A stretch of 62,936 nt of DNA, filler included, from Octopus bimaculoides (GCF_001194135.2; 7 parts of 7 records of this genome joined end to end with filler, not necessarily neighbours in it); one strand, 5' to 3'; positions 22,196 through 38,074 are shown, numbered from the whole stretch's first letter. Program-made: numbers and translations. Notes: generated from the letters alone by a model not told the origin.

Positions 22196-22548
22196 TCTAA
22201 CCACTACACTTATTTTATCGACACCAAAAAGATGAAAGGCAGTGTGGACCTCGGTAGAATTTGAACCCAGAATGTAAAGTCGGAAGAAATACTGCTAAGA
22301 AATACTGCTGTATCAACTATTAATCCCTATTACAATAAGCACAAGACCGGAATAATTTTTTGGAGGGTGGGGTGGGAGCTAGTCGATTATATCAACCTCA
22401 GGGCTCAAATGGTGCTTAATTTATTGAGCCCGAGCGTACGAAAGGCAAAGTCGACCTCTGTGGAATTTGAACCCAGAATGTAAAGACGGACAAAATGCTG
22501 CGAAGCAATTTGTCTGGTGTACTAACAAGTTTGCTAGCTCCCCGCCTT
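22196..22548 (-). mobile_element. Two adjacent SINE family B copies (partial 22196-22300; near full 22331-22548)
   Basis: Repeated gaaaggca.gt.gacctc.g..gaatttgaacccagaatgtaaag.cgga motif. Confidence 0.75.
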
Positions 22549-22859
22549 CAACCTGTATCAGCTATTCACAAAATTAATAAAGGTTTCTAATTTAGGCACA
22601 ATGCCAGCAATTTTGAGCAGAGGCTCGTCAACAGAAGGGTGCAGGAGGTGTAAGTGCACCCTTTAAAATTTTGGTGGGGCAAGGAAAACACATTTTGGGT
22701 TGGACCTGAGTTTGCAGCCATTAAGCAACTTTCGTTTCCGCACATATNNNNNNNNNNNNNNNNNNNNNNNNNNNNNNNNNNNNNNNNNNNNNNNNNNNNN
22801 NNNNNNNNNNNNNNNNNNNNNNNNNNNNNNNNNNNNNNNNNNNNNNNATGTACAGTACA

Positions 22860-23300
22860 TAGAATTATGTACAAAAGTCAGGAAAGTGAACAGTGTAAGA
22901 ATCATGATATACATGTGTGCATGCATATGGAGTTGGGGATATCAAGTGTAGTGTTAGTGAGATGCATGGAAGTTTTAAAGGATGCAATATCTCAGCAACT
23001 CTGAGTGTGAAAAAAATGTTTTTGGGAGTCATGGGAGCTGTACTGTTTTCTGACTTTGTAGGCATGCCCACATGTGTTAGACACATGGAACTCAAAAAGG
23101 TGTTCAAGGTGGTTGTTGGCATGATGGTTAATAATTTTGTAAAAGCAAAGTGAAACTCGTTTTATTCAAATATCCATCCATCTTCTTTGCCCTTTTTTCC
23201 TGAAAATGTTGTGGGGGTAGAGCTCTAAGGCACCGTCTTCATAGGGTTTTATTAGAAGCCACCATCATTACACTTTCTGGCTGCTGGATTCCAAAGCATG
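22860..23300 (-). mobile_element. Old CR1-clade LINE 3' fragment (second subfamily)
   Basis: Minus translation YKIINHH...TCGHAYKVRKQYSSHDSQKHF(F)TLRVAE resembles the CR1 C-terminal TRGH..K....R..FFT.RV motif. Confidence 0.55.
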
Positions 23301-26300
23301 ACTAACCAAGACTTTGGATATTGTCCAACGGTTTTGTTCTTGGTCTACCGCAAGCATATTTTCAACCCTTTCTTCTTAGCTTTCATACATCACACACACA
23401 CACACATGCATGCATGTACTGTATGTATCTATGTATTTATAGTTCCCTGCCTGACTGAACTTCCTTCACTCTTGGACCCTCATCTCTCCTACCTTCTTCT
23501 TGGACCTTCAATACACCTCTTTATCAACCTTACCATCACTTCATCCAGATTATCATTAGATCCTTATACTTTTCGGACTCTACCATCATGGATCTTATTG
23601 TATACATTTGTTTATGTATGTATGTATGTATGTAGGTAGGTAGGAAGGTAGGTAGGCAGGTATGCATGCATGTACATAAGTATGTAAATTATAATGTAAT
23701 GAATATAATTCTCTAGGCTTGTTTATGAACAAACGAGTGAGCTAAACTTTTTAACCATTCCCTCTTTCTCTTCACATTGACAATCAGATTCATGACTATG
23801 AATTAACTAAAGCATTAAATTGATGTCCACTACAGAACTACGCTACACCTGTTCAGGGTGATTCACTAGTCAAGTAACCATAGCTCAATTTTCTGAGATA
23901 TTCACTTACAGCTACAATAAGATCATCTTTCAAAGTGACTTCAATGTATAATAATAATAGGTGGTGGTATCTAGAATAGAAGGTGTTGTTTTGCTTTTAA
24001 ATCACGATGTTGAACCAGATCATGCAGAGCTATAACAGGTGATTGGAAGATTTTTTTCATACACCTGACAAATTGTACTTTCTCAAAAGTTTATTTCATG
24101 GAGCTATTTAAGAATAGTTTTCAGTCTTTTCTGTATTGTGAGCACTTTTTACTATAACATCACGTTGGAAAATCCCTTCAAACTTTTTAATGCAAATTTT
24201 TCAGTGCAAAGGCAGCTTGCAGTAGTCCAATAAATATTATCCTTCAAGAAGGATCTCTTTTTTTTTTATTTGATGGAAATACATTCAAAGGAAATAATTT
24301 CTTTGGTTCAAAGAGAAAAGATGATTTAAGCCTAAGAAAAATAACTGTTGATTTGAAGATTTCAAAGTCTACAGTAGAATATATGTTCAAGAATGAGTAT
24401 AACTAGAAGAAGAAGAAAAGAAGAAGGAAAAGTCACTTGGGAAGAGAACTTAAAGGCGAATGAAAATGACTGTGTCCCATGTACTGGTAGTCTGAAAAAT
24501 ATTATCACACAATTTTAATAAAATTTTCACAAAATACTACATAAATTTTTATATATGTGCTCAGGTTGTGCAATGAAAACAGGAATATTATGCATAGGTC
24601 TACATTGTTTTACTCTACAAGTGTGTTTACTACTAAGTGTCTATAAGCAATACAATTCAAGTGTTCAAAAAAATGTCTAACTCCTGTATAAAAGACATTA
24701 CAGCTGTGTGTCCACCTTGAAATTTTAGGTATATGTCTAGGACCAAATTATTCTCATGTGTACTTACCTTATTTATTTGAGATGGTAGGGAATGTGATTT
24801 GAGGGCTGTCATCCCCAGCAGGCTGAGCAACAGTATAAAACAATAATGAGGAACCACTTTAATACTAAAGGTGTATTTCCTGTGCAGTTCATATCTCTAC
24901 TGAGAAAAAATAATGAACCTTTAATATCAAAAGAATCCATATATAATTTTAAATTATTGGTTTGAAATTTTATTTCTGATATAAGTTTTAGAGATTTCTT
25001 TTGTGGAAATTATCACATTTGCAGGGTGGTTTAGAGCAGTCATGGGCAAAATACAACCCACAAGACTTTCTGAATGGTATACCAACAAATTTTTTAGTAG
25101 TGCAGCCTACCTGATGATGAGTTATGCCTCATGTGGTCTACTTCTTGAGAATAGTTGCCCACTCTTGGTTTAAAGACATCTGTGTTGGCTAGACCATGAA
25201 AAAAGGAGTTGTTGTTTACCTCCAGTTCAGCTCTGGTTAAGTTGAGAGCTATGACCAGAATAATTCCAGTCATGACCATCTAGACTTTTTTATATATTTA
25301 TCAGGGACCGATCGTCCAGAGTATCAGTTATTTAAAGAAGGTGGAATGTAGTTGAGGGAATTTAGCTACTAATTCTAGCAAAATAAGTAATCACAGAGAG
25401 GTCCAGTTATAGCTGATCAGAGGAATGAAAGAGTAGAGAAGTAATGGTGGTATGGCCATGTGACAGTAGTGAATGGTAGATAAGACATGTAATGATTGTG
25501 GATGGAAGCTCCAGTAGTGATAAGTGACTGTGGTGGTATAGAGATGTGGTGGCAGTGGATAGTAGCCAGAGTTGAGATTGATTACAGTGGACATATGTCA
25601 GAAGAGGATGGCTGCTATTGGTGAGATATATTACAGCTGCTGAATGAAATATTTGGTTACAAATAAAGATAACAACAGATTTGATTTCTTTGTAAAATTT
25701 AATTTCCCAAAAATGTTAAGATGTGTACAATTGTAAAAATGAAAATTGTGGAATTTTTGGAGATTAAGTCTTACTACTTGGGATCTTTACTATACAACTG
25801 CCATCATGAACAACAACAACAACAACAATAATCAATTAAAATGTATAAAGTATTATAAAACAAAAACGATTCTTGCTACAGGAACGCCATTTGTAAAGTA
25901 ACAAGATTTAGCAAGAGAGAGAGAGAGAAGAGAGTGAGAGTGAGAGAAAGAGAGGGAGAGAAAGAGAGAGTAATTAACTGAACTCTAAAACAACAATAAC
26001 AACAACAATATCAGCAAGATATCAAATAAAGTTGGAATGTCTGGTTTTAAAATACAGGGAAATTCAGACAAAAATTGTTCACTAAACTGAACTGATAAAA
26101 GGACTATATATATATATATATATATGTATACATTTCGGATTTTAACAATAGAATTATATACACACTGGTGTATGTATGCTTATATTGCAGTGAAATCCAA
26201 AACCAAACTGTACTGATCCTTATGGAATTATTTTATTACATGCAACAGTTCTCAGTGTCAACTTGCTCACCGATTTTATTCTAGTAGAATGTCACAAAAT

Positions 26301-27325
26301 TTTAATCTTCAGATACAACCTGATTACATAGAAAAAGTAGATGTTGACTAGATGGGTAGACACAGTGTCCATTCAATGCCCACTTTTCCATGCTAGCATG
26401 GGCTAGAAAGGGGATTTTTTGAAGCAGGATTTTTACAGCCAGATGTTCTTCTGGTTGCCAACCCTTGTTTTTCAAGTAAGGGATTTTTTCTTTATTCCAG
26501 ATGTCTTACAAAGCATAGAGTGACCAATCATAATATCAACAAGGAATGTACATATTATATCAATGTGAGATCTCCGTATTCAGACACTCATACACATACA
26601 AGCATGCCTCTAACTTAATGCAACAAAGTGTTCCCTTGTGATCCATTGTAACTGAGAATTTAAATGCACTTGGAATACCTAAGGCAAGGCTCCAAACAAC
26701 CATGACAGTGAAATGTATATAAGAAATATAAAATAAACTTGTGTTTATGCTTACTTCTCATACATACATATGTATTAAATATAAATATATACACACACAG
26801 ACCAGACACACATAGACACACACACGAACATACAAAGTCATTAGTGAAGGATTATCAATCTGGGCAAAACATTTTTTATAAGCTCTCTGATAGTACATCA
26901 GACTCACAATACTGTTTAGATTAGTAAAGAACTCTGCATATTCTTGTGGCAGGGTCCAAGGTAATAGTTCATCACTAGATTGTAAATCCATGGTTGGGCT
27001 CTAGTTAGTCTGGCTTTCACAGAGAGTGAGATGCAAGACAAGGTGTAAATAATGGTTGTAGCATATTTACAGTTGTAAGTCAAAAATTTACTGCAATAAA
27101 GGAAAATATGTAATGACTATTATTTATACCTTTCCCTATATATATATATATTAATAAATATATATTAATAAATATATATAAATAAATAAATATAAATAAA
27201 TAAATAAATATACAAATATATATACNNNNNNNNNNNNNNNNNNNNNNNNNNNNNNNNNNNNNNNNNNNNTTAATTAATTAANNNNNNNNNNNNNNNNNNN
27301 NNNNNNNNNNNNNNNNNNNNNNNNN

Positions 27326-29340
<2,015 letters not shown>

Positions 29341-30088
29341 CAAAGGCAACAGCGCTACTGTGATTGGGGGGGGGCTTGGATAGGGACAGCTTAGTGAATA
29401 GGGACGAAAAAAAAAGAAAATTACAATGCTGATATTAGCATTGTAAGAGTTCCGGTTTTAATGATTACTATGATGGCCCTGAACAATAGAGGATAGGTAA
29501 GACTCTTTGGGTGTGAGATTAGAAAGAATTGTTTTGTTTTTTTTAATCCTTGCAGTTAGGATAAGCGAGACAAAATATTTATTGTCGGCCAGGCAAATTT
29601 GATATGTCTGAAAACTTTGTCTCTTCTGCTTGCACTTATGATCACGGTAAGATAAGTTTTGATCTGAAGTACTCACATAAGTCTGTTTCATGAATCTTGG
29701 TCACTGCTTGTACCACCCTGAACTGGGAGCTTCTAAATTAGTCGTGCGGAACCCACTTCATGGTGATGTAAGAAGAGGAAAACGTCGTCACATTTACATT
29801 GGTAACTTGATTGCGGAGACTGGCCTGGAATGTATCCAGGACTTCGAGGTGGTGATGATGGACCAAGAAGTGCAGCGGGTAGACTTTGTTACTGCAGCCT
29901 GGATTGGGATCCAGCCATAATAAAATAAATAAGGAACCTGCTTCGCTTACCCAAGCTACAAGGATTTTTTTTTTAATCCTCTCAAATTTCACCCCTAAAG
30001 TGTTTTACCAATTGTCTGTCATCCAGAGACATCAGATAAGTCAAAGAGACCAGAATTCATACTCTGCCGACATCAGCATTTGTCTCTA

Positions 30089-30485
30089 GGCGCAGGCGTG
30101 GCTGTGTCGTAAGAAGCTTGCTTCCCAGCCTCATCGTTCTGGGTTCAGTCCCACAGCGTGGCACCTTCGGCGAGTGCCTTCTCTATAAGCCTCAAGCTGA
30201 CCAAAGCCTTGTATGTGGATTTGTTAGACGGAAACTGAAATTCGTGGTATATATATTTGTGTGTGTGTGCGCGCGCGTATGTGTGTGTGTCTGTGTTTGT
30301 CTCTCCAAACTTGACAACCGGTGCTGGTGTGTTTACGTCCTCTAATTTAGCAGTTCGACATAAGACACCGACATAATAAGTATCAGACTTTAAAGAAATA
30401 AGTACTGGGGTCGATAGATTCGACTAAAAATTCAAGACAGTGCCCCAGCATGGCCGCTGTTTAATGACTGGAACAAGTAAAAAAA
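30089..30485 (+). mobile_element. Full-length tRNA-derived SINE family A
   Basis: ggcgcaggcgtggctgtgtcgtaag (A box), gggttcagtccc (B box), internal (TG)n, tail gtgccccagcatggcc..tgactggaacaagtaaaa. Confidence 0.88.
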
Positions 30486-30939
30486 TATTCACTAAACTGT
30501 CTATTCCCCTCCAGTTCACGGTACCCAACCACTATCAGCATCACCATTGCAAACACAGACCACCACCGCCCCAACAATAACAACAGAAGATAAACTCTAA
30601 CACTGCTATTATCCCCATCACGACTAAAACTGCCAACACAAAAGCGAAACGGCAAAATCCTTATCGTTATCAACGTTAACAATCCCGACATCGCTACCAA
30701 AAATAATTGTATCCCTATCACCGATTATAGGGGGTGATTTACTATGTGAGATGCCCAGCATTGTTTCGTAGTAATTGTGTCGAATTTTAGCACAAGGCCA
30801 GCTGCTTTATGGAAGAGGGGTTTAATCCATTACATCTACCCTATTATTTAACTGGTACTTTATTTTTTATCGACAACCAAAGAATAAAGAATTAAAGAGT
30901 TTCAGAAATTGCAATTCTGTAATTAGTAGCTACGGCTAG

Positions 30940-31011
<72 letters not shown>

Positions 31012-32169
31012 GTGTGTGTGTGTGTGTGCGTGCGGGGGGTGCGCGTGCGGGTGTGCATGCGCGAAGGTATGTGCATACATGCCTAGAAACACATACATAT
31101 ACGGATACATAATTACATATATATTTATATACACACACGCATATACACACACACACACATATATATATACACATATATATATATATACATTATACAAATT
31201 ATGTATATATACATACACGCACACACACACACACACACACACATGAACACAAATTCATCTATCTATAAATCTATCATACAAACAACACTCTACCTAGACA
31301 ATAATCTTCTCAAATTTCATCATATATACATATAATATAAATATTCATATATATATNNNNNNNNNNNNNNNNNNNNNNNNNNNNNNNNNNNNNNNNNNNN
31401 NNNNNNNNNNNNNNNNNNNNNNNNNNNNNNNATGCACGTATATACGTATGTACGCACGTATAAATATATATTTATGTATGTATGCATGTGTATATGCGTG
31501 TGTGTGTGCGTGTGTGTGTGTGTGTGTGCGTGTGTGTATGTGTGTGTGTAGATATGTGCATACATACACACACATGCATACATGTGTACAGCGAATGATA
31601 TTTTCCTGTATATAATAACCTGGGGGACCGACATGGCTACCCACGTCAATCTCCAACATTACAACCACCGCCACCATCATAATCAACACCGCCACTCTCA
31701 TTAGCATATCACAGGCACTACAATCAACACCTCCAGGCCAATAAACAACAGGCAGGTGTTAATTAATGTAGCCAATTAGTCATGTAAATGGCGGCTGGTT
31801 GCCTGGCTGCCTGGTTGGCTAGTAGTTAGGGTATTATTGAGAGAAAGAGAGGAGAGTGAGATGTTGATGACAAAATAACTTCACTGCCTCCGACAATCTA
31901 TATAGTGAAGAGTAGAGAGGAACGGTAGGGCAGAAGCCGATGAAATTAATGGAGAGGGCAGATGTGGAGAGGAATAAAAACGCTGAGTATGTTGAAGATG
32001 AGGTTAGAGGGGTTGTGAGTGATTGTGTGGTGGTGTTATTGTGCTGGGAACGAGGGAAGACGGAGAGGAGTAGAGGGGCGATTGATGAAGTGTTGAGAAT
32101 ACAATGAGAGTAGGAGGAAAATGGCGGATAGTGAGGAAATTGAAAAAAAAAACGAGGATTAATGGTCTT

Positions 32170-32391
32170 GCTGCAATTTAACCCTCGGTCAGTCTTAATC
32201 GACCAGACCTATGATAAAATCCTTTCCAGTTAAATATAGAACTATAAAATCCTTTCTAGTTGTGACTATCTCTTCTTATGAACAACGAGCTCGGAGAACG
32301 GCAACATAGGACTTGAAAAGAGATTTGGCTGCTATTTCTGGCAAGCTTAGCGACGATACTGTGACATACTCAGTCAAGTAGTGCTTAGTAC

Positions 32392-32427
<36 letters not shown>

Positions 32428-32800
32428 GTAGTCTGAAGTCAATCCCCTAATCGAGCGTTCTAACCCTGACCATCACGTCTTTTTCTTGCAAGGATCCTGC
32501 ACTTCATATTATCTAACATGTCGTATTCTTTAAACGGAAGGATGTGATTGGAGGCAGATTTAGCAGCCATTTCTTGTAGGCTTAGAAGACAGCTTGAGTC
32601 TAACTCAGTGGAGTAGTGCTCAGCATTAGTCTAACCTCTAATCAAGCGTTCCAGCCGTGACCATTATGTCTTTTTCTTCTTGCAGGGTGGGGCAACCAAC
32701 GGTTCACATTATTTAACGCATAGTTTTCATAAAACGGTAGGATGTGATTAGAGGGAGATTTAGCTGCTGTTTTTAGCCGGCCAAGAAAACCACTTGGAGG
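32170..32800 (+). repeat. Three diverged tandem copies of repeat family E
   Basis: Units near 32170, 32410 and 32620 share taatc.a.c...ccag..gtgacca.c..gtcttttt and ggatgtgatt.gagg.agattt.gc.gc.attt. Confidence 0.55.
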
Positions 32801-33476
32801 CCCTTTGTTTGTTTCCCTCCCTCGTGGGAATAAAAGGCATATATGGAGGTCGGCGGTGGAGGACAGACATTGGAACGATGTAACTACCTGCTAAAAGGTT
32901 ACCCTGATTAAAGGGGACGAGGCAGGGAAGGAAACAGGCGGCGGCGGTGATAGCAGTGGTGTTGGTGGTGCGGCGACTGTGGTGGTGGCACAGTGACGGT
33001 GGTGTGGTGGTGGTGGTGGTGGTGGTTTCTATTCCGATAATCTAACTAAAACCCTTGCAGCCGTTGTAGAAAGCGAATAATAGAAAGGAGTGTTTATGAA
33101 TGTGTGTTTTTATGGGGTGTGTATATATATAGGATGGGGTGAGGTGTACCGATATCTGTGTGTACATGTGTATATGGAAATGGATGTTCATCTCACTGTG
33201 AGTGTAAGTGTGCATATCAGTGCATCAGTATGTAAATGTGATGTGTGTATGGGCGTGTGAACGTATATATATGTGTGTGTGTGTGTAGCGAGATAGTTTC
33301 CAGGCAAATTATAGTGTTTAGCTTTCAATAAATGTCCGGAGAGGTTCATACAATGGAATTAATATTTCTACAGCGAAGAAGTAGAAAAGTTTAATGCTTC
33401 GCATAGAAAAGTACACAAACAGACCCATGTACTATAAAACTTATTATTAATAATTCAGATATGTGTAGCTGTTATG

Positions 33477-33514
<38 letters not shown>

Positions 33515-33626
33515 TTGTCTGCGGACGAAATTAACAGGTTGTTGGCAATCACATATTAATTATGCAAAGCAACTAACCTGTAATACGTACACATCGGCCT
33601 TCTTATTTTTTATTGTATGCTTAACT

Positions 33627-33681
<55 letters not shown>

Positions 33682-33895
33682 CGCAATTGTCTTATCTGTA
33701 AAGTTAACACCTTGCCTATGTTTGTATGTGTGTGAATTTGTGTATAATTATGTCTGGCTAACCAACGTTAAATCTGTCTTTCTCTCCCTCAGTCTATCTA
33801 TCTATCTATCTAACTATCTATCTATCTATCTATCTATCAATCTATTTATCCATTGGTGTAGTTTTCTGTCTGCTTGTCAGAAAGTTGGTCTGCCA

Positions 33896-33929
<34 letters not shown>

Positions 33930-34374
33930 TTGTCTATCTCTCTATCTCTATCTGTCTCTCTATCCATCTATCTATCTATCAATCTAATTATCTATTGGTG
34001 AAGTTTTCTGTCTGCTTGTCAGTCTGTTGGTCTATCAATCTATTTACCTATCTGTTTATCTATCTATCTATTTGTCTATCTGTTTACCTGTCTATCTAGT
34101 TGTCTGTCTGTCTATGCAATCCACGTCACCATGCTATGTACGTATGGGTTATCCAATATCTATGAACCCTACCTGTCTTCCAAGATTATGTCCATCGCTA
34201 TCCCATCAAAATCAACAGTTCTACAATATATCTGTGAAGTTAACATCCTTACACTTTGTCAATCCAGTTAATACATCCACAATGTGATTAACCTGTCGGG
34301 ATCTTCACTCGGCCTCTCTGCATTTAATTAGCGTCAACACACTTTGACAAGCTAATCAATCTGTCTAACCACTC

Positions 34375-35123
34375 AGGTAAGCTAGCTGCCGGAATCGCTG
34401 GCACGCCGTATAAACGCGGTGGACTTTGCCTTTCACTCTTTCGGGGGTCGATGAAATAAGTACCAGTTGAGCACTTGGGTCGATGGAATCGACTAGCCGC
34501 CTCCCTCATAATGTCAGCCTTTGTGCTTATAGTAGAAAGGATATTTTAATGCGGCGAGCTGGCATAATGGTTAGCACGCCGTAAAAATGCTCAGCTGTAT
34601 TTCGTTCGCCTTTACATTCTGAGATCAAATTCCACCGAGGTGGACTTTATCTTCGGGGTCGATAAATTAAATACCAATCGAACACTGGAGGTTAATGCAA
34701 TCAATGATCTTCCTCCCGCTAAATTTGAGTCCTCGCGCCTATACTTGAAAAAAAAATGGGTCTGACCACTCAATATCTTCATATTATAAGGCAACGAGCT
34801 GGCAATGTGGGATAAAATGCTTAACAGCATTTCGTCCGTCTTTATGGTCTTAGTTCAGATTTCATCGAGGTCGACTTTCACTTTCATCTTTTCGGGATCG
34901 ATGAAATGAGTAACTGTTAAGTACTGGGGGTCGATGAAATCGTCTAGCTCCCTCCTCTATAATTTCTGGCTTTTTGCCTATAGTAGAAGGAATATTGTAA
35001 AGCGGCGAGCCGGACAAAATACCTTGCTGCATTTCGTCCGTCTTTACATTCTGAGTTCAATTCCGCCGAGGTCAACTTCGCTTTTCATCCTTTCGAGGTC
35101 GATAAAATAAGTATCAGTTGAGC
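34375..35123 (+). mobile_element. Four head-to-tail SINE family B copies
   Basis: Starts near 34375, 34551, 34789 and 35002; each has gagct/gagcc heads and ga.ttt..c.tt.cgg.gtcgat.aaat motifs. Confidence 0.8.
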
Positions 35124-35879
35124 TCTGACATACGAAAGTGTATCGGAGAAGTGCTACTCATTGAATGTGCACACATATACACGTACACATGCACACACGC
35201 AGACGATGCACATGTATATGCAATCGCCTGTGTATATACAAATATGTATCTATACATATACGTTGCCGGTGTTAAAATGTGGGTAGCTGATGAAGGAAAA
35301 TGTTCTCTATGTGGCTTGTGTGTTTTCTGTACTCTGGTTATTATTATTTTCTTGTCTACGTTTTGTTTGCAATGTCCTATACCCAGATATGCACCTATAT
35401 ATACAGGTAGACGTAGGTATGCACATACCTGTACGTATATATGCATATACTCATTTATTATTTTATATATATATATATATATATNNNNNNNNNNNNNNNN
35501 NNNNNNNNNNNNNNNNNNNNNNNNNNNNTTAATTAATTAANNNNNNNNNNNNNNNNNNNNNNNNNNNNNNNNNNNNNNNNNNNNTATTTGTTTCATTTTC
35601 TTCATTTAGTGCTTGTGCATCCATAGATTTCTACTGAAGCAGCAGGCAATGAAGCTGTCACCAGAAAACTCATCACCTGAAAATTCATTAGGCTAAAAAT
35701 ACCATCTAAAGGTCTAAACGTTTCTAACAGAAAGACATTGAATAGGCTAATTCCTCATTTGAACTTTTTAAATTACATATATATGTGTGTGTGAGGACTA
35801 GAAATCTACGGATGCACAAATGCACAGAACGGAAACAAATATGGACGACTTGTTCCGAAGCACACCCGAGCAACGGTCC

Positions 35880-36180
35880 TCAAAAGTAACCTCCAATTGT
35901 TTTCCCCCCAAATTCCTATGTTCTCGGAATCTACATATTTCAGGGGCCCACAGCTTTTTGATATTCTTCGAAAGAGCCTGAGGAACCTGCACAAAATAGA
36001 TGTAGGTGTTTTTAAATCAAGGCTGGACCTCTTTCTGTCGAGAGTCCCAGACGAACCTACCTCACGGCAAGAGGTACAAATGAGGGTAATTACATCAAAC
36101 GCCATTCTACACCAAGTGCCACATATTAGAGGAGGATCTCAGTAATAATAGTGTAGCAAAATGGCAGTGCTCCAGCTGTA
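35880..36180 (+). mobile_element. CR1-clade LINE 3' fragment
   Basis: FRGPQLFDILRKSLRNLHKIDVGVFKSRLDLFLSRVPDEPTSRQEVQMR; roughly 90% similar by eye to the reverse copy at 38075-38335. Confidence 0.82.
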
Positions 36181-37153
36181 AGATATTATCCTACTTTCTA
36201 TGCTCTACATTATATATTTTAACAATTACTGGTATTTTTGTATTTTATATATTATATATCTAAAGCATAATATGTTATACATGTATGTATATTGTTATAA
36301 TTGTCTTTTTAAAAATAAAAAAAAAAATAGACATAACATAATGACTAAAAGTTGATGAATACCACCTCTTGATCCCCTCCATTTTCTTATTGCTGTATAT
36401 ATATAAATATATATATATATTTATAAATATTTATGTATACATATATGTGCATATATATGTATATATATAGGTGTATGTGTGGGTGTGCATGCATGTGTTT
36501 CACACGAGTGTGAGTGGGCAGATGCATATATAGCATATGCACATTTAGATGTGTATGTGAATATAATTGTGCGTGTATAGGTATGTGTACGTGTGTGTGT
36601 GTTTGTATGTGTGTAGATATGTATATGTGTACATGTGTATGGTTGCATATATATGTGCACATATAGGCATGTGTGTGGGTGTGCATGTATGTTTCACATG
36701 AGTGAGTGAGAATATGCATATAGGCACATGTATGTTGGTGTACATGTGCACATACTCAAATTCTATGAGCGTTTTTTACTTTCTCCCCTTCAGTTTTTTC
36801 CTTTACTTAACGGTCATTCTAATAGCTCTTTTGTTTGTCTTGATAACAGTCATTTACATAGTAATTTCCCTTTGTTTAACGTTCATTTTCATAGCATTTT
36901 TGTTTGTTTTAATAACTGATGAGATGCCCGAGCAGATTTCCACCCCGACATCCAAAACCTAGAGTTTTATTATGGCAACCGAATAATTGTCACATATTAT
37001 ATTATGGATAAATTCCTCTATTTACATAATGTTGAGGTCTCATTCATTTTTTTTGTTATCATACTATTACTATTCTTTATTAATATATATATATGTATAT
37101 ATATATATATTTATAAATATATATGTAAATATATATATATGTGTATATATAAA

Positions 37154-37204
<51 letters not shown>

Positions 37205-37207
<3 letters not shown>

Positions 37208-37650
37208 CAAAAGAAGTAACAAGGATATCCAAAGGTAATGCAGTACAATCGTTTCAAACAACTCCATTTAATTGAACAATGCAATCATTACATCAATTTA
37301 AATGCAGAGCAATCCTCAGCTGCATAAAGACATAGAATTAAATTAAATTATAACAGATGGACATATTAGTATAATTTTACCTAAAACCTCCAAGGAGGTA
37401 AGGAGATAGACAAAGAACATGCTATATTCACTTCAGCTTAGAAGCTACTCTTAAAACCTCTTTGGAGGTTTTAGGTAAAATTATACTAATGTGTCCATCT
37501 GTTCTAATTTAATTTAATTCTATGTTCTTATGCAGCTGAGGATTGCTCTGCATTTAAATTCATGTTATGATTGCATTGTTCAATTAAATGGAGTTGCTTG
37601 AAACGATCGTACTGCATTACCTCTGGATATCCTTGCAGCTTATTTTGATT
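37205..37650. repeat. Fold-back inverted repeat (194-bp arms, 58-bp spacer)
   Basis: 37205-37398 versus reverse complement of 37457-37650: 14 mismatches counted by eye (about 93% identity). Confidence 0.92.
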
Positions 37651-38074
37651 TTATTCATCTTATTTTGAAATTGTATGGATAATACCGAAATAAATTCTGG
37701 TGCCTCAACTTAAGTACCTAATTCATTTGAATCTATCTCTCTCTATATATATCANNNNNNNNNNNNNNNNNNNNNNNNNNNNNNNNNNNNNNNNNNNNNN
37801 NNNNNNNNNNNNNNNNNNNNNNNNNNNNNNNNNNNNNNNNNNNNNNNNNNNNNNTAATGCCACACAACAGACTTCCCAAATAAACACATTTTAGTACCAA
37901 ATGCAAGGAAAGCAACCCTCAAAAGAAACCAACTTCAGGGAATTAAACAATTTTTTATTATCAGTTAATATCTCCTTAAATTCATTAGTACATAAACAAG
38001 AAGCACTACGTATTTAATAAGATTTAGCTTTACAAACTATCTCCCAATTAAATTTTTTTTTTATTATAGTATCA

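Noticed and set aside
25111-25140. CTGATGA followed by a tgag/ctca hairpin
   Set aside because: No GAAA or stem III follows, so it is not a hammerhead.
33836-34045. Duplicated attggtg.agttttctgtctgcttgtcag unit within (CTAT)n; similar 20-bp repeat at 18555 and 18769
   Set aside because: Consistent with slippage or unequal exchange inside microsatellite fields; no further structure.
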